From: Chloroflexota bacterium
Lineage (GTDB): Bacteria; Chloroflexota; Anaerolineae; Anaerolineales; UBA11858
DNA length: 47,795 bases
Direction of reading: 5' to 3'
Assembly: GCA_011039385.1 (NCBI GenBank)
Contig: DRBO01000022.1
Location: 1-47,795 of the forward strand
This document shows positions 15,730-25,770 of the stretch, one piece after another. The position numbers and the translations under genes are program-made. The notes under the pieces were generated by a model. The model saw nothing but the letters and a program-made list of their open reading frames with translations. It was not told the DNA's origin and did no database searches. The number at the start of each line of letters is the position of its first letter. Position 1 is the stretch's first letter.

Positions 15730-16734
15730 TCAGAGCATTTCTTCCTGGGCCTTTTTTGTGAAATGACAGGCAACCCAGTGTCCTGGTGTCTTTTCTTCAA
15801 AGGGTGGATCCTCAACCTTGCAGATATCTTGCGCTATTGGACAGCGGGTGTGGAAGCGGCAGCCAGAAGGCGGTTTCGCGGGGCTTGGCACATCACCTTC
15901 CAGGATGATCCGCTTGCGCTGGCGCTCTTTGACTGGATCCGGGATCGGTACAGCCGACAGCAGTGCGATGGCATAGGGGTGCATTTTATTATAAAAGAGT
16001 TCATCCTTATCGGCAAGTTCAACCAACTTGCCCAGATACATGACTGCAATCCTGTCAGAGATATGCCTCACCATGGACAGATCGTGAGCGATAAACAGGT
16101 AAGTCAAATCGAATTTTTCCTGCAGTTCTTCCAGCAGGTTGACCACCTGGGCCTGAACAGAGACATCCAGGGCAGAAATGGGTTCATCGCAGACAATGAA
16201 ATTCGGATTCAATGCCAAAGCCCGGGCAACGCCAATCCTCTGTCGCTGTCCGCCGGAAAATTCGTGGGGGTAGCGTTTGATGAAAAACGGATTCAAGCGC
16301 ACCAGGTTGAGCAGCTCCTGCACTCGTTCTAAACGTTCCTTGGCCGTACCGATCTTATGGATATCCAGTGGTTCGCCGATGATATCTCCAATCGTCATCC
16401 GGGGATTGAGCGAAGCGTAAGGATCCTGGAAGATGATCTGCATTTCACGGCGCAGTCTGCGCAGATCGCTTTCTCCCATGGTGGTGAGGTCTTCGCCGTC
16501 ATAATAAACCTTCCCGGCCGTGGGTTCGTGGAGCTGCAGGATGGTTCTGCCCGTGGTGGATTTACCGCAGCCGCTTTCCCCTACCAGACCCAAGGTCTCA
16601 CCGTGTTTAATGTCAAAGCTGATACCATCAACAGCCTTGACCGCGCCAACTTGGCGCTGGATAATAACGCCCTGGGTGATGGGAAAATGTTTAACCAGTT
16701 TTTCTACGCGTACCAATGAGTTGTTTTCAGCCAT
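15730..16734 (-). CDS. peptide ABC transporter ATP-binding protein (OppF/DppF type)
   Basis: 334 aa with Walker A (GESGCGKST), signature (FSGGQRQR), Walker B ([12 protein letters not shown]), and the C-terminal oligopeptide-type Cys-containing tail. Its ATG overlaps the oppD stop (TAATG). Confidence 0.9.
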   Translation of the reverse strand: MAENNSLVRVEKLVKHFPITQGVIIQRQVGAVKAVDGISFDIKHGETLGLVGESGCGKSTTGRTILQLHEPTAGKVYYDGEDLTTMGESDLRRLRREMQIIFQDPYASLNPRMTIGDIIGEPLDIHKIGTAKERLERVQELLNLVRLNPFFIKRYPHEFSGGQRQRIGVARALALNPNFIVCDEPISALDVSVQAQVVNLLEELQEKFDLTYLFIAHDLSMVRHISDRIAVMYLGKLVELADKDELFYNKMHPYAIALLSAVPIPDPVKERQRKRIILEGDVPSPAKPPSGCRFHTRCPIAQDICKVEDPPFEEKTPGHWVACHFTKKAQEEML

Positions 16735-17729
16735 TATCTTAACTCCCCGGTCTTAATGTCAACCCAGCAGGCTATTTTGTGGTCGGGGCCGACCGCTTCC
16801 AGCAGCGGGTTACTTTCCTTGCACTTGGGCTTGGCAAATTCACAGCGCGGCTCGAACGGGCAGCTCTGTGGGCGTTCCAGCAGGCTGGGCGGCAGTCCCT
16901 CAATGGTGGCCAGTGCTTCTTCCTTACGCTGATCCAACCGGGGAAGGGATTTCAGCAGTGCCAATGTATAGGGATGCAAAGGGTTCCCATAGAGCTCATC
17001 TATCTGGGCGTCTTCCACCACAAAACCAGCATACATGACAATCACCCGTTCAGCCAGGCCAGCCACAACGCCCAGGTCATGGGTGATCCAGATCAAAGCC
17101 ATGCCCAGTTTGGCCTGGATCCCCTTGACCAGCTCAACCAGCTGGGCCTGAATAGTGACATCCAGGGCAGTGGTGGGTTCGTCAGCTATCAGCAAGGTGG
17201 GATTGCAGGCTAAGGCTATGGCCACCATGGCCCGCTGCCTCATGCCGCCCGAGAATTGGTGAGGAAAATCAGATAGGCGGTTTTCAGCTTCAGGGATATT
17301 CACCAATTCCAGCAGCTCCGCCGCTCTTTTGGTAGCCTCTTCATCACTCATGCCCAGGTGTAGTTTCAGGGGTTCTTTGATCTGGAATCCAACTGTCAGC
17401 ACGGGATTCAGAGAGGTCATCGGGTCCTGAAAGATCATGGTCATGTTGGATCCCCGGACCTTGCGCATCTCAGCCTGCGAAAAATGCTGTAAATCTTCCC
17501 CTTTGAATAATATCGCTTCTGCCTGTACTTCGGCTGGTGGTTTGGCTAGCAAATCCATCACGGAGAGCATGGACACGCTTTTCCCACAGCCGCTTTCCCC
17601 CACAATTCCTAATGTCTCACCAGCATGAACCTGGTAAGTAATTCCATTGACCGCATGAACCACTCCATCCTGGGTGTGAAATCGTGCATGCAGGTCCTGA
17701 ATATCAAGTATGACCTCTCGATTATCCAA
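16734..17729 (-). CDS. peptide ABC transporter ATP-binding protein (OppD/DppD type)
   Basis: 331 aa with Walker A (GESGCGKSV), signature (FSGGMRQR) and Walker B ([12 protein letters not shown]). TTG start preceded by GGAGGAGAGAA. Confidence 0.9.
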   Translation of the reverse strand: MDNREVILDIQDLHARFHTQDGVVHAVNGITYQVHAGETLGIVGESGCGKSVSMLSVMDLLAKPPAEVQAEAILFKGEDLQHFSQAEMRKVRGSNMTMIFQDPMTSLNPVLTVGFQIKEPLKLHLGMSDEEATKRAAELLELVNIPEAENRLSDFPHQFSGGMRQRAMVAIALACNPTLLIADEPTTALDVTIQAQLVELVKGIQAKLGMALIWITHDLGVVAGLAERVIVMYAGFVVEDAQIDELYGNPLHPYTLALLKSLPRLDQRKEEALATIEGLPPSLLERPQSCPFEPRCEFAKPKCKESNPLLEAVGPDHKIACWVDIKTGELR

Positions 17730-17904
17730 TTCTCTCCTCCAGTCACAAAAATGGCGCTTTGTACTAAATTGAGTTACAAAGTTTGCTGAATTATTCTTTA
17801 AATATACAACCTATATTATCGAAATTCAATCTTTTGATCAAGAACATAATAACAATCGAATCCTGAACAAGAATTCTACCATAAAGACTACCCTTTTCCG
17901 ACCA

Positions 17905-17918
17905 ATTATCTAGATAAT
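17905..17918. promoter_or_regulatory. perfect 14-bp palindrome in the AT-rich region upstream of oppD; candidate operator
   Basis: ATTATCTAGATAAT is self-complementary and lies in the 240-bp AT-rich gap 17730-17969. A candidate minus-strand promoter, TTGATC(17841-17836)-17 nt-TAATAT(17818-17813), lies downstream of it. Confidence 0.3.
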
Positions 17919-17969
17919 ATAGATGCTTCCCGGTTTGGTAATATTATCATATCTGGGAGCAGTCTACAA

Positions 17970-19868
17970 CTAATTAATATACTCAATAGTCACTAATGGA
18001 AGGTTACTTCCCTCCTGTAAACCCTCCAATCCCGGGCGGAAAATCAGCATCTCCCTGCGGAAGAACAACGGCAGGGCTGGCAGATCTTCCTCAAAGATGG
18101 ATTGCACGGTCAGAATTTCCTGCCTGGACTCCACTGAATCAGGCAGAGAGGTGAGGATTGTGCTGCAAGCCTGATCGAAGCTCTCCCGGCTGTAGCCGGT
18201 CGCGTTGGCTCCTCCCCAACCTTTGGGAAAATCGGGGTACAACCCGGGAATCTCATCTGTCTGGAAAATCTGGCACAGAGGGTAGCTGCCAGTAGTCCAG
18301 GCGAACAAGGCCAGGTCGAACTGGCGTCCAAAAACAGGACCTTCTGGACCTGACGCCAGCATCTCCGCTGCGGTTTGGTAGTCGATCTCTACCGCCACCC
18401 CACAACGAGCAAACTGCTCTTTGATCATCTCCGCCGTGGGTGAATCCCCTTCTGCCCCCGGCACCAGGAGGGACAACTGCAAGGGTGTTCCCCAGGGAAC
18501 ACCGGGGACGCCCCCTGACGTCCGGGCCGTGGCAGGGTCCTGGTCAGCATCGATCCAGCCCAGTGATTCAAGAATATTCTCCGCCTCTACTGGCTGGTAC
18601 GCCAGGGGGGAATTCTGGGGGCTGTAGCGAGGATCCAGGGGATGATAGAGGTTATTGGCTATTGAACCCGCATCCTTCCGCCTGGCAGCGATAGCCTCTT
18701 TGTCGACACACATGGCAAGAGCAGTCCGAACCCGGGAATCGCTCAGCAGCCGGCGGGATCGGTCCAAAGAGTTGACACCAAAACTAATCTGCTCCCAGAC
18801 TGGTTGATCGATGGAGATCAAATTCAAATCTCCGCGTTCCTCAAGGGTATAAATATCAGGGAAGTAGTTGGCCAAATCGGGTGTGTTAGCAACCAGGTCA
18901 CACTCACCAGAAGCATAGGCAGCCAACGCTTCCTGCCCATCTTTCACAAAGCGAAACACCAGAAAATCAAAGACGGGCCAGCCTTCCTCAGCAAGACGAT
19001 AGAGATCATTCCTTTCCAGGGAAATATGATCCCCCCTGACCCACTCCAGGAATCGATAAGGTCCCCAACCTGGAGGAGAGAGGGTTGTTTGGGGGGAGGT
19101 AAGCAGCTCTTCCCGGGTATAGTTAGCCAACAGGTGCTCCGGAAGGGGTGTAAAGAACAGCTCGGCGTAATCGTGGATTCCCAGGTAGCCCGGGAGACCG
19201 GTCCACTGGATCTCCCCTTCTTCAAGGACCTGGTAGTCCGCTGCGTAGCGGAGCTTGGCAGGCCCCTTGGATCCATATACCTTCCCGGCTGCCTGATAGG
19301 AGAACAGGGAATCTTCCGGCCTTACCCGAGCCCCATCAGACCAGAGGAGGTCAGCAATGAGGGAAAAACGGACGGATACCTGATCCAGGAAGATGGAAGG
19401 CTGATCCTCATAAACCTCCCTGCATTCAGGACTAGAGCATCCGGAAGGCCTGAATTCCACGCCATTGGTCAGAATAGTAACGTTGCCCTGGGCGTCCACC
19501 AGGCGCTGCCCGGGAAAGACCTCGATCTGGTTGAGGGAAACCAGCCCATTTTCCTGCGAGGGTATCTCCTCCAGGATAATGGGCTGAAACTGGAAATTGA
19601 TCTGGTCAATCGGACCATCATAGATCGCCTGGCGGATGATTTCCGCGGACTCAGACAGATCGCCATACAGGAAGAGAGATTCCGGCTCTTTGCCGAGGCA
19701 GATCGACAATACCCTGGAAGGGATTGGAGAGGGCCAAGGAGTGGGGTCTAAAACGGATTGATCTTCATCCGGTAATTTCAGGTCGCTTAAACCCTCAGGA
19801 CTGCAGGCTGCCAGCCCGATAACCGCTGCAAGGTAAATGGCCATAATGAGCCGCCTGGTTAGAACCAT
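17970..19868 (-). CDS. ABC transporter substrate-binding lipoprotein, family 5 (second paralog)
   Basis: 632 aa with lipobox GLAAC and SBP_bac_5-like segments (GWGPYRFLEWVRGDHISLERNDLY). The alternative start ATG 19844 avoids the 10-nt overlap with rsgA. Confidence 0.8.
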   Translation of the reverse strand: MVLTRRLIMAIYLAAVIGLAACSPEGLSDLKLPDEDQSVLDPTPWPSPIPSRVLSICLGKEPESLFLYGDLSESAEIIRQAIYDGPIDQINFQFQPIILEEIPSQENGLVSLNQIEVFPGQRLVDAQGNVTILTNGVEFRPSGCSSPECREVYEDQPSIFLDQVSVRFSLIADLLWSDGARVRPEDSLFSYQAAGKVYGSKGPAKLRYAADYQVLEEGEIQWTGLPGYLGIHDYAELFFTPLPEHLLANYTREELLTSPQTTLSPPGWGPYRFLEWVRGDHISLERNDLYRLAEEGWPVFDFLVFRFVKDGQEALAAYASGECDLVANTPDLANYFPDIYTLEERGDLNLISIDQPVWEQISFGVNSLDRSRRLLSDSRVRTALAMCVDKEAIAARRKDAGSIANNLYHPLDPRYSPQNSPLAYQPVEAENILESLGWIDADQDPATARTSGGVPGVPWGTPLQLSLLVPGAEGDSPTAEMIKEQFARCGVAVEIDYQTAAEMLASGPEGPVFGRQFDLALFAWTTGSYPLCQIFQTDEIPGLYPDFPKGWGGANATGYSRESFDQACSTILTSLPDSVESRQEILTVQSIFEEDLPALPLFFRREMLIFRPGLEGLQEGSNLPLVTIEYIN

Positions 19869-20785
19869 GGTATTTTATCTTCTTCCACTTCCCGCATGCG
19901 CAGGTAGGATTGGTAGCGTTCGGGGTGGATCTTTTTCTTTTTAATAGCCTCGATGACTGCGCAGCCAGGTTCATGAGTGTGAGTACAATCGCTGAAGCGG
20001 CAGTGTTTAAGGGCCTGGCTGATCTCCCTAAAATAGCCATCCACTTCTTCCGGTGTGATATCCCAAAGATCCAGCGCCTTAAGTCCGGGGGTGTCTGCCA
20101 CATAGCCACCCTCTTCCAGGGGCAATAGTTTGCGGGAAACAGTTGTGTGTTTACCCTTGTTGGTAGCTTCACTGACCTCTTTTACCGCCAGCCCCAGTCC
20201 TGGTTGGATGGCATTCAAGAGGCTGGATTTACCCGCACCCGATGGCCCGGCAAAGACACTTGTTCTACCGATCAGTTGTTTGTGAAGTGCCCGCAGTCCG
20301 ATTTTCTTGGGGACCGAGGTGTAGAATACCGGATAGCCAATTTTCTGATAGCGCTGGAATAAAATCTGGGCTTGCCTGCGGCCGGATAGATCGATCTTGT
20401 TTGCTACAATAAAAGATTCGATTTTTTCTTTTTCCGTGATTGCCAGAAATCGATCCAGCATTCGCAAACGTGGTTCAGGCTCCTGAACGGAAAACACAAA
20501 AACAGCCTGGTCCGGGTTAGCTATGATTATTTGTTGATATTCTCCCCGGGGTGTAGGAGCCATCCGATACAACATGGTACTCCGGGGCTCAACTTCCTCG
20601 ATCATGCCTTTGCCTGGTTCCTGAAGGGTGATCCTCACCCAATCGCCAATGGCAGCGATGTCTCCCAGTTTGCGCCCTTTTTTTAAGCGGCCGCGCAGCT
20701 GGCAAACGAGGATGCCCTGATCTGTTTCCACGTTATAGAAGCCAGACTGAGCCTGGACGATCCTTCCACGAATTTCATCACTCAA
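19859..20785 (-). CDS. rsgA: ribosome small-subunit-dependent GTPase A
   Basis: 308 aa with an OB-fold N-terminus, circularly permuted GTPase motifs (NKIDL ... GPSGAGKSSLLNAI), and a C-terminal zinc knuckle (CRFSDCTHTHEPGCAV). Confidence 0.9.
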   Translation of the reverse strand: MSDEIRGRIVQAQSGFYNVETDQGILVCQLRGRLKKGRKLGDIAAIGDWVRITLQEPGKGMIEEVEPRSTMLYRMAPTPRGEYQQIIIANPDQAVFVFSVQEPEPRLRMLDRFLAITEKEKIESFIVANKIDLSGRRQAQILFQRYQKIGYPVFYTSVPKKIGLRALHKQLIGRTSVFAGPSGAGKSSLLNAIQPGLGLAVKEVSEATNKGKHTTVSRKLLPLEEGGYVADTPGLKALDLWDITPEEVDGYFREISQALKHCRFSDCTHTHEPGCAVIEAIKKKKIHPERYQSYLRMREVEEDKIPWF

Positions 20786-20803
20786 GGTGCACTCCCTGAT
20801 TTC

Positions 20804-23047
20804 TTATTCTTCGACATCTTCTTCCGGAACATACCAGACACCAATCTCAGCTTCCCAGGGATAAGGTTTCAGCACCTGGTTGAAATACAGCTCAACCACC
20901 CGCCGGAAAATCGGGGCCGCAATATCGGATCCCTCCCCAGCGTTTTCCGCAATCACCACCACTGCAATATCCGGTTTGTTCGGATTCTGGACATTGGTGT
21001 AACCTGCAAACCAAGCATGGGATTCACCCGAGCCAGATTCGGCCGTGCCGGTTTTACCGGCAATCGGAATCCGGTCTGTCAATCCCCTGAATCGGTGCGA
21101 GGCGGTGCCTGGGTTGGGCGCTGGTTTTTCCACAACCTGGATCATGGCATTGATGATAATGTTCCGCGTGGACTCGCTGATCGGCAGTTCGCCAACAACC
21201 TCAGGTTCAAATTTAAATAACTCTTCCCCACTGGCCGAGCGGATGCTCTCCACAAACTGCGGGCGGTAAAGAGTGCCGCCGTTCCCCAGGGCCGCAATGA
21301 AGCGGGCTACCTGAAGGGGGGTGACCAGCGTATCACCCTGGCCGATCGCCAAATTTGTAGCGTCCAGCTCTGAACCCGGCACGGGGATATCGCCGGCTTC
21401 CTCTTCCAGGGTTTCAATGCCCGTCAGGGCACCCAGCCCAAATCCCTTGGCCATATCCGAAACAGCTTCTGTTAAGCCATTCCGATACAACTGCAATCCG
21501 ATATGCCAGAAATATGGATTGCAGGAACGTATCAAGCCTTCAGATAAAGTTAAGGTACCGCTGGGTAGTTGTTTGCCATCTTCTAGAAAATGATCGTAGG
21601 TCCAATCGTTCAGCGTGACACCGGGGAGCTCCTCAAAGAAATAATCACAATCGTAGGTATCACTAGCTTGAAATTCTCCTGTTTCCAGGGCAGCTGCCAT
21701 AGTGATGATTTTAAACACCGAACCAAGGGGATATAAACCCTGGGTTGCCCGGTTCAGGAAGGGGGATTTTTGGTCTGCCTTGTAGTATTCCTGCAGTAAA
21801 AATGAGGAATTGTAATAGTTAGAATTAAATGCATTGGGATCGAAGTGGGGATTGGATACCATAGCCAGAATTCGGCCGGTGTCCATCTCCATCACTACAA
21901 CAGCACCGTTAAAACCATAGAGGGCTTTCTGGACTTGAACCTGGAATTCCTTTTCAAAGGTCGTATAGATTTCCGATGCTGGCGCAGCCTCTTCTCGAGC
22001 CAGCTGGGTCAGGATCTCCCCTTCTGCGTCAACCACATATAGGATCCCGCCCCGGTCTCCTGCCAGATAGGGTTCACCCCACATTTCTAGGCCCTGGCCT
22101 CCCACTTTTTCTCCCTTTGAATACCCCTGAATGCGGTAAGCGTCCAGTTCTGGTTCCTGGATCCAGCGCACATAACCAATGGCTTGGGGTGCTACTCCCC
22201 CATCATAATAATAACGACCATCAAAATACCTCATCAGCAGCCCGGTGGTCGTGTAACCCTCCAAGATCCCTAACCTGGGTTCCATCTCACTCTGGGCCAG
22301 GGCACCCAGGGGAAGATACCAATTCACTCCCGGAGGGTAGTCCTTATACATGGCATAGATAACTTCCGGAGGCATATCCAGGTCTCTGCCAAGTTCATTC
22401 AGCAGGTTATCTTCTCTCTCGGGATCGATCTGGGAAGGTATTAATCCCAAGGCGATCGCTTCAGCGTAGGAAACGACCACGCTGCCATTCCGGTCGTAGA
22501 TATTTCCCCGGGAGGGAAGAAGCCGGGTAAGTTGAAGTTGGTTTTCACCTTCGAGTTCAGGAAAGATCATTCCCCTGGACCAATCCACTTTCCACTCCCC
22601 ACCTGTAATGCTCAACTCCAAAATGATATCTCGTTGAATCCCTTCGATCAGCCGGCTGTGATAGACAACCGAGACCGCTACCTGGGCCTGGCTGGGATCA
22701 ACGAAGGAGGAGAGGATTGTATAATCCAATGATTCCAGGGCCAATTCAACTGCCAGCGTATGGTATTCCAGGGAAAAATCTTCTTCGCTGATCTGGGACT
22801 GACTTTCCCGGCTCAGCATGGCATACATCGCTGAGTAATCACTAGCCCTCCAATATTCCAGGAACTCAACGGCTGCGCTTTCAACATCTGGGGCCGGGGT
22901 TGTCTGAACCACTGGAGTTGCCAATCCAGGAGTAGGCGTATCCTGTGCCGTTAAAGTACCTTCCGGCGTGCTTTGACTGCAGCCGGTCAGCACAACCAGC
23001 AGGAGAACGATGACGATTGGTCTTTTCGTAAACAATTTCATTCTCAT
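20804..23047 (-). CDS. class B penicillin-binding protein (PBP2-type transpeptidase) with an NTF2-like N-terminal domain
   Basis: Contains SxxK (GSVFKI), SxN (RSCNPYF) and KTG (GKTGTAE), plus an N-terminal MecA_N/NTF2-like segment after a lipobox-like LTGC. Start re-called to ATG 23047 (MRMKLF), which overlaps the maf stop as ATGA. Confidence 0.85.
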   Translation of the reverse strand: MRMKLFTKRPIVIVLLLVVLTGCSQSTPEGTLTAQDTPTPGLATPVVQTTPAPDVESAAVEFLEYWRASDYSAMYAMLSRESQSQISEEDFSLEYHTLAVELALESLDYTILSSFVDPSQAQVAVSVVYHSRLIEGIQRDIILELSITGGEWKVDWSRGMIFPELEGENQLQLTRLLPSRGNIYDRNGSVVVSYAEAIALGLIPSQIDPEREDNLLNELGRDLDMPPEVIYAMYKDYPPGVNWYLPLGALAQSEMEPRLGILEGYTTTGLLMRYFDGRYYYDGGVAPQAIGYVRWIQEPELDAYRIQGYSKGEKVGGQGLEMWGEPYLAGDRGGILYVVDAEGEILTQLAREEAAPASEIYTTFEKEFQVQVQKALYGFNGAVVVMEMDTGRILAMVSNPHFDPNAFNSNYYNSSFLLQEYYKADQKSPFLNRATQGLYPLGSVFKIITMAAALETGEFQASDTYDCDYFFEELPGVTLNDWTYDHFLEDGKQLPSGTLTLSEGLIRSCNPYFWHIGLQLYRNGLTEAVSDMAKGFGLGALTGIETLEEEAGDIPVPGSELDATNLAIGQGDTLVTPLQVARFIAALGNGGTLYRPQFVESIRSASGEELFKFEPEVVGELPISESTRNIIINAMIQVVEKPAPNPGTASHRFRGLTDRIPIAGKTGTAESGSGESHAWFAGYTNVQNPNKPDIAVVVIAENAGEGSDIAAPIFRRVVELYFNQVLKPYPWEAEIGVWYVPEEDVEE

Positions 23048-23727
23048 TCCTTCCCACGGATTCCAGATAAAATCCTGGAGAATATGGGGCACTGATATTG
23101 GATCGATTCCTGGCATCTTTGAGCCACATCGGAATAACCCGGGCAGCCCATCTCATGCAAGAGCACTGCCAGGTTGCAAAGAGGCAAACCCATCACATTA
23201 GCATAGCAATGGTTGAAATCCGGCGCAGGGTCGAAATGATGATTTTGGATAGCATAGGCGCCAGCCTTATCCAGGGGGTCTCTGCTGGCAACATAGGCAG
23301 AGATCTCTTCTTCAGTATACTCCCTCATGAGGACTTCGGAAGACACCATCCTGGTTTGTATCTCCTCCCGGGAAAGATCATACACGGCAAGCCCCGAATA
23401 CACGGTGTGCGATCCGCCGCGCAGGTCGGTCAACATCTGTACCGCCTGGGACTCATCCGCCGGTTTGCCAAGAATTCTATCACCAGCGACGACAATGGTA
23501 TCAGCCGCGATGACCACCCAACCATTCTTGGGCGAAGAACTGACCAATTTCGCAACAGCCAGTGCTTTTAACTCGGAAATCCGCCGGACGTAGTTTTCGG
23601 GTTCTTCTCCCTTTTTGCGAGCTTCTTGAATTTCGGGATTGATGATAACAAAACTCTCAATCAGATTCCGAAGCAGGGCTTTTCGCCGGGGTGATTTGGA
23701 TGCCAGAAGGTATTCTTTCATAGCCAA
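23044..23727 (-). CDS. maf: Maf-family nucleoside triphosphate pyrophosphatase with a Cys-rich C-terminal extension
   Basis: LASKSPRRKALL, IAADTIVV and AGAYAIQ...NVMGLP are Maf motifs. About 30 extra C-terminal residues carry 4 Cys. Confidence 0.85.
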   Translation of the reverse strand: MAMKEYLLASKSPRRKALLRNLIESFVIINPEIQEARKKGEEPENYVRRISELKALAVAKLVSSSPKNGWVVIAADTIVVAGDRILGKPADESQAVQMLTDLRGGSHTVYSGLAVYDLSREEIQTRMVSSEVLMREYTEEEISAYVASRDPLDKAGAYAIQNHHFDPAPDFNHCYANVMGLPLCNLAVLLHEMGCPGYSDVAQRCQESIQYQCPIFSRILSGIRGKE

Positions 23728-23886
23728 CTGATAATAAGTTTAAGCCAGGTTTTGTTTTATTCAATACAACAAATTCTATCACACAGAGAAATCATCCTTT
23801 TTCTCCAGGTTGTTATTTTACTTTTTTCTGTTAATTAAACGCAAACCTCAGCTACTCCCTTTTTGGTACAATGGCAGTGATTAACT

Positions 23887-25770
23887 ATGAAAAAAAGAAA
23901 TCATCTCTCCTGCCTTTTTCGGACCTTCCTGCTCAGCCTGATCCTGCTTTCTGGCACATCCGGAGCCAGCGCGCAGTCAGAGAAATCTGTTCACATTTCC
24001 ATCCCGGATACCTCAGCCTATCCTATAATCACCGTTTACATCGATCCGCTGGACAGGGATGGCAACCGTCTTGAAAATCTCCAGCTTGATCAAATCACCC
24101 TCCTTGAGGACAGCATCAACAGGGATCTGCTTGAAATCCAGGCTTTAAATCCAGGAATCCAGCTGGTGACTGCGTTAAATCTGTCTTCCCCCTTTGCAAT
24201 ACAGGACATAAATCGTCGATCGCGGTTCGACTATATCAAGGAATCTCTCCTCAACTGGGCAGCCCAATCGCTGGATACAGCTCCCGATGATTTGAGTATC
24301 ATCGATAGCCTGGGCCTGGAACTGATCCACACAGAAAAGAAATCAGATTGGGTCAAAGCCCTGGAAGAATTGGACCCTGATCTAAGAGAGATAGAATCAA
24401 ATTTCAATGTTCTCGCCCGTGCGATCGAGATCGCCTCAGACCCTGTCCCTCAACCTGGCATGAAGAAAGTTGTCCTTTTCTTCTCTCCCCAGCCTTCCTC
24501 GGATGGGTTTGAACCCATCGACAATTTGATCTCCCTGGCAAAAGATAATCAGGTTCAGGTTTACACGGTACTGGTCTCCTCGCCAGCCTATTTCGAAACA
24601 GCGGGAGCGGCGAAACTCCAAACCTTATCGGAGGAAACCGGAGGGGAATATCTAACCTTCTCTGGAGCGGAATCCCTGTTAGATATTGGTCAGCTCCTGG
24701 CCCCTCTCCGGACCACGTATTTGCTGCGATATCAATCCAGCATCGTGACCTCAGGAACCCATACCCTGGAGGTATCAATCGCTTCAACTCCCTCAAAAAT
24801 CGAGGGGCTTCGAGAATTTACACTCGATGTCCAACCTCCAAACCCGATCTTCATCACCCCACCCCAAACCATCACCAGAACTCCACTTGAAGAGAGCCTC
24901 GAAGACAGTGTGACTGCCAGCTTCGAGCCAACTTCAATTAGCTTGCCAATATTGGTCGAATTCCCTGATCACCACCCCCGAGAATTGGAAGAATTGATTT
25001 TCAGAGTGGATGGGGAAATCTTTGAGTCCAAGACCACCCCCCCATATGACCATTTCATATGGGATCTTGATCGGTACCAAATCAGCGGGACACACTACCT
25101 CACTCTAGAAGCTGTGGACAAGATGGGATTAAGTAGATTAAGTGTAGAAACGCCTATTCGGGTTGAAGTCATTCTCCCGATCCAAGACACTTGGGATATT
25201 GCTAGAAAAAACAGCTCTGCCATGCTGGGATTGGCATTGATCCTGCTGCTGGGGCTGACCTTTATCGGGTTAATCAGGCAGGGAAAGATCCACCCGGGCA
25301 ACAATCGTGTTTCCAGCCAGATCAAGAACCTGGGCAGTCGGTCTGTTGGAACCTACAGGAAGTTATTCCACTTTTTTAATAGGCCGCCCCTCCCAGCAGA
25401 GAATATGGAATTCAGTCCTTACCGCCTGATACCGGTCAGTGATTTATCCCAGCAGCTTTTCACCGAGCCCCTTCAGATAAATGATCCTGTGATTACTCTC
25501 GGGAATTCTGCCCGGGAGGATGTCATACGCATTCAGCATCCATCGATCACTGCGGACCATGCTCGAATCTCCTTGCAGAAAGAAAATCAATACCAGATCA
25601 CAGATCTTGGGTCAATTGCTGGAACCTGGATAAATTACCAACAAATAGCCCCAGCCAGCCCCCACATACTAAAAGATGGTGATATTATAAACATTGGGGA
25701 AGCGGCCTTTCGTTTTCAGATCAAGAATAGACCCAACTCCCAGGCAGCACACGAGGAGAATTCACATTGA
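23887..25770 (+). CDS. single-pass membrane protein: extracytoplasmic vWA-like domain + cytoplasmic FHA domain
   Basis: 627 aa. Signal peptide (LLSGTSGASA), vWA-like region (KKVVLFFSPQ...VQVYTVLV...ETGGEY), TM helix (AMLGLALILLLGLTFIGLI), and a C-terminal FHA domain (ITLGNS...ITADHARISL...YQITDLGSIAGTWIN...GDIINIGEAAFRF). Confidence 0.7.
   Translation: MKKRNHLSCLFRTFLLSLILLSGTSGASAQSEKSVHISIPDTSAYPIITVYIDPLDRDGNRLENLQLDQITLLEDSINRDLLEIQALNPGIQLVTALNLSSPFAIQDINRRSRFDYIKESLLNWAAQSLDTAPDDLSIIDSLGLELIHTEKKSDWVKALEELDPDLREIESNFNVLARAIEIASDPVPQPGMKKVVLFFSPQPSSDGFEPIDNLISLAKDNQVQVYTVLVSSPAYFETAGAAKLQTLSEETGGEYLTFSGAESLLDIGQLLAPLRTTYLLRYQSSIVTSGTHTLEVSIASTPSKIEGLREFTLDVQPPNPIFITPPQTITRTPLEESLEDSVTASFEPTSISLPILVEFPDHHPRELEELIFRVDGEIFESKTTPPYDHFIWDLDRYQISGTHYLTLEAVDKMGLSRLSVETPIRVEVILPIQDTWDIARKNSSAMLGLALILLLGLTFIGLIRQGKIHPGNNRVSSQIKNLGSRSVGTYRKLFHFFNRPPLPAENMEFSPYRLIPVSDLSQQLFTEPLQINDPVITLGNSAREDVIRIQHPSITADHARISLQKENQYQITDLGSIAGTWINYQQIAPASPHILKDGDIINIGEAAFRFQIKNRPNSQAAHEENSH

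Noticed and set aside
17730-17969. AT-rich block as a horizontally acquired insertion or degraded mobile element
   Set aside because: It has no terminal repeats, no ORF remnants and no flanking duplication. Its position in front of oppD fits an ordinary promoter/UP-element region.
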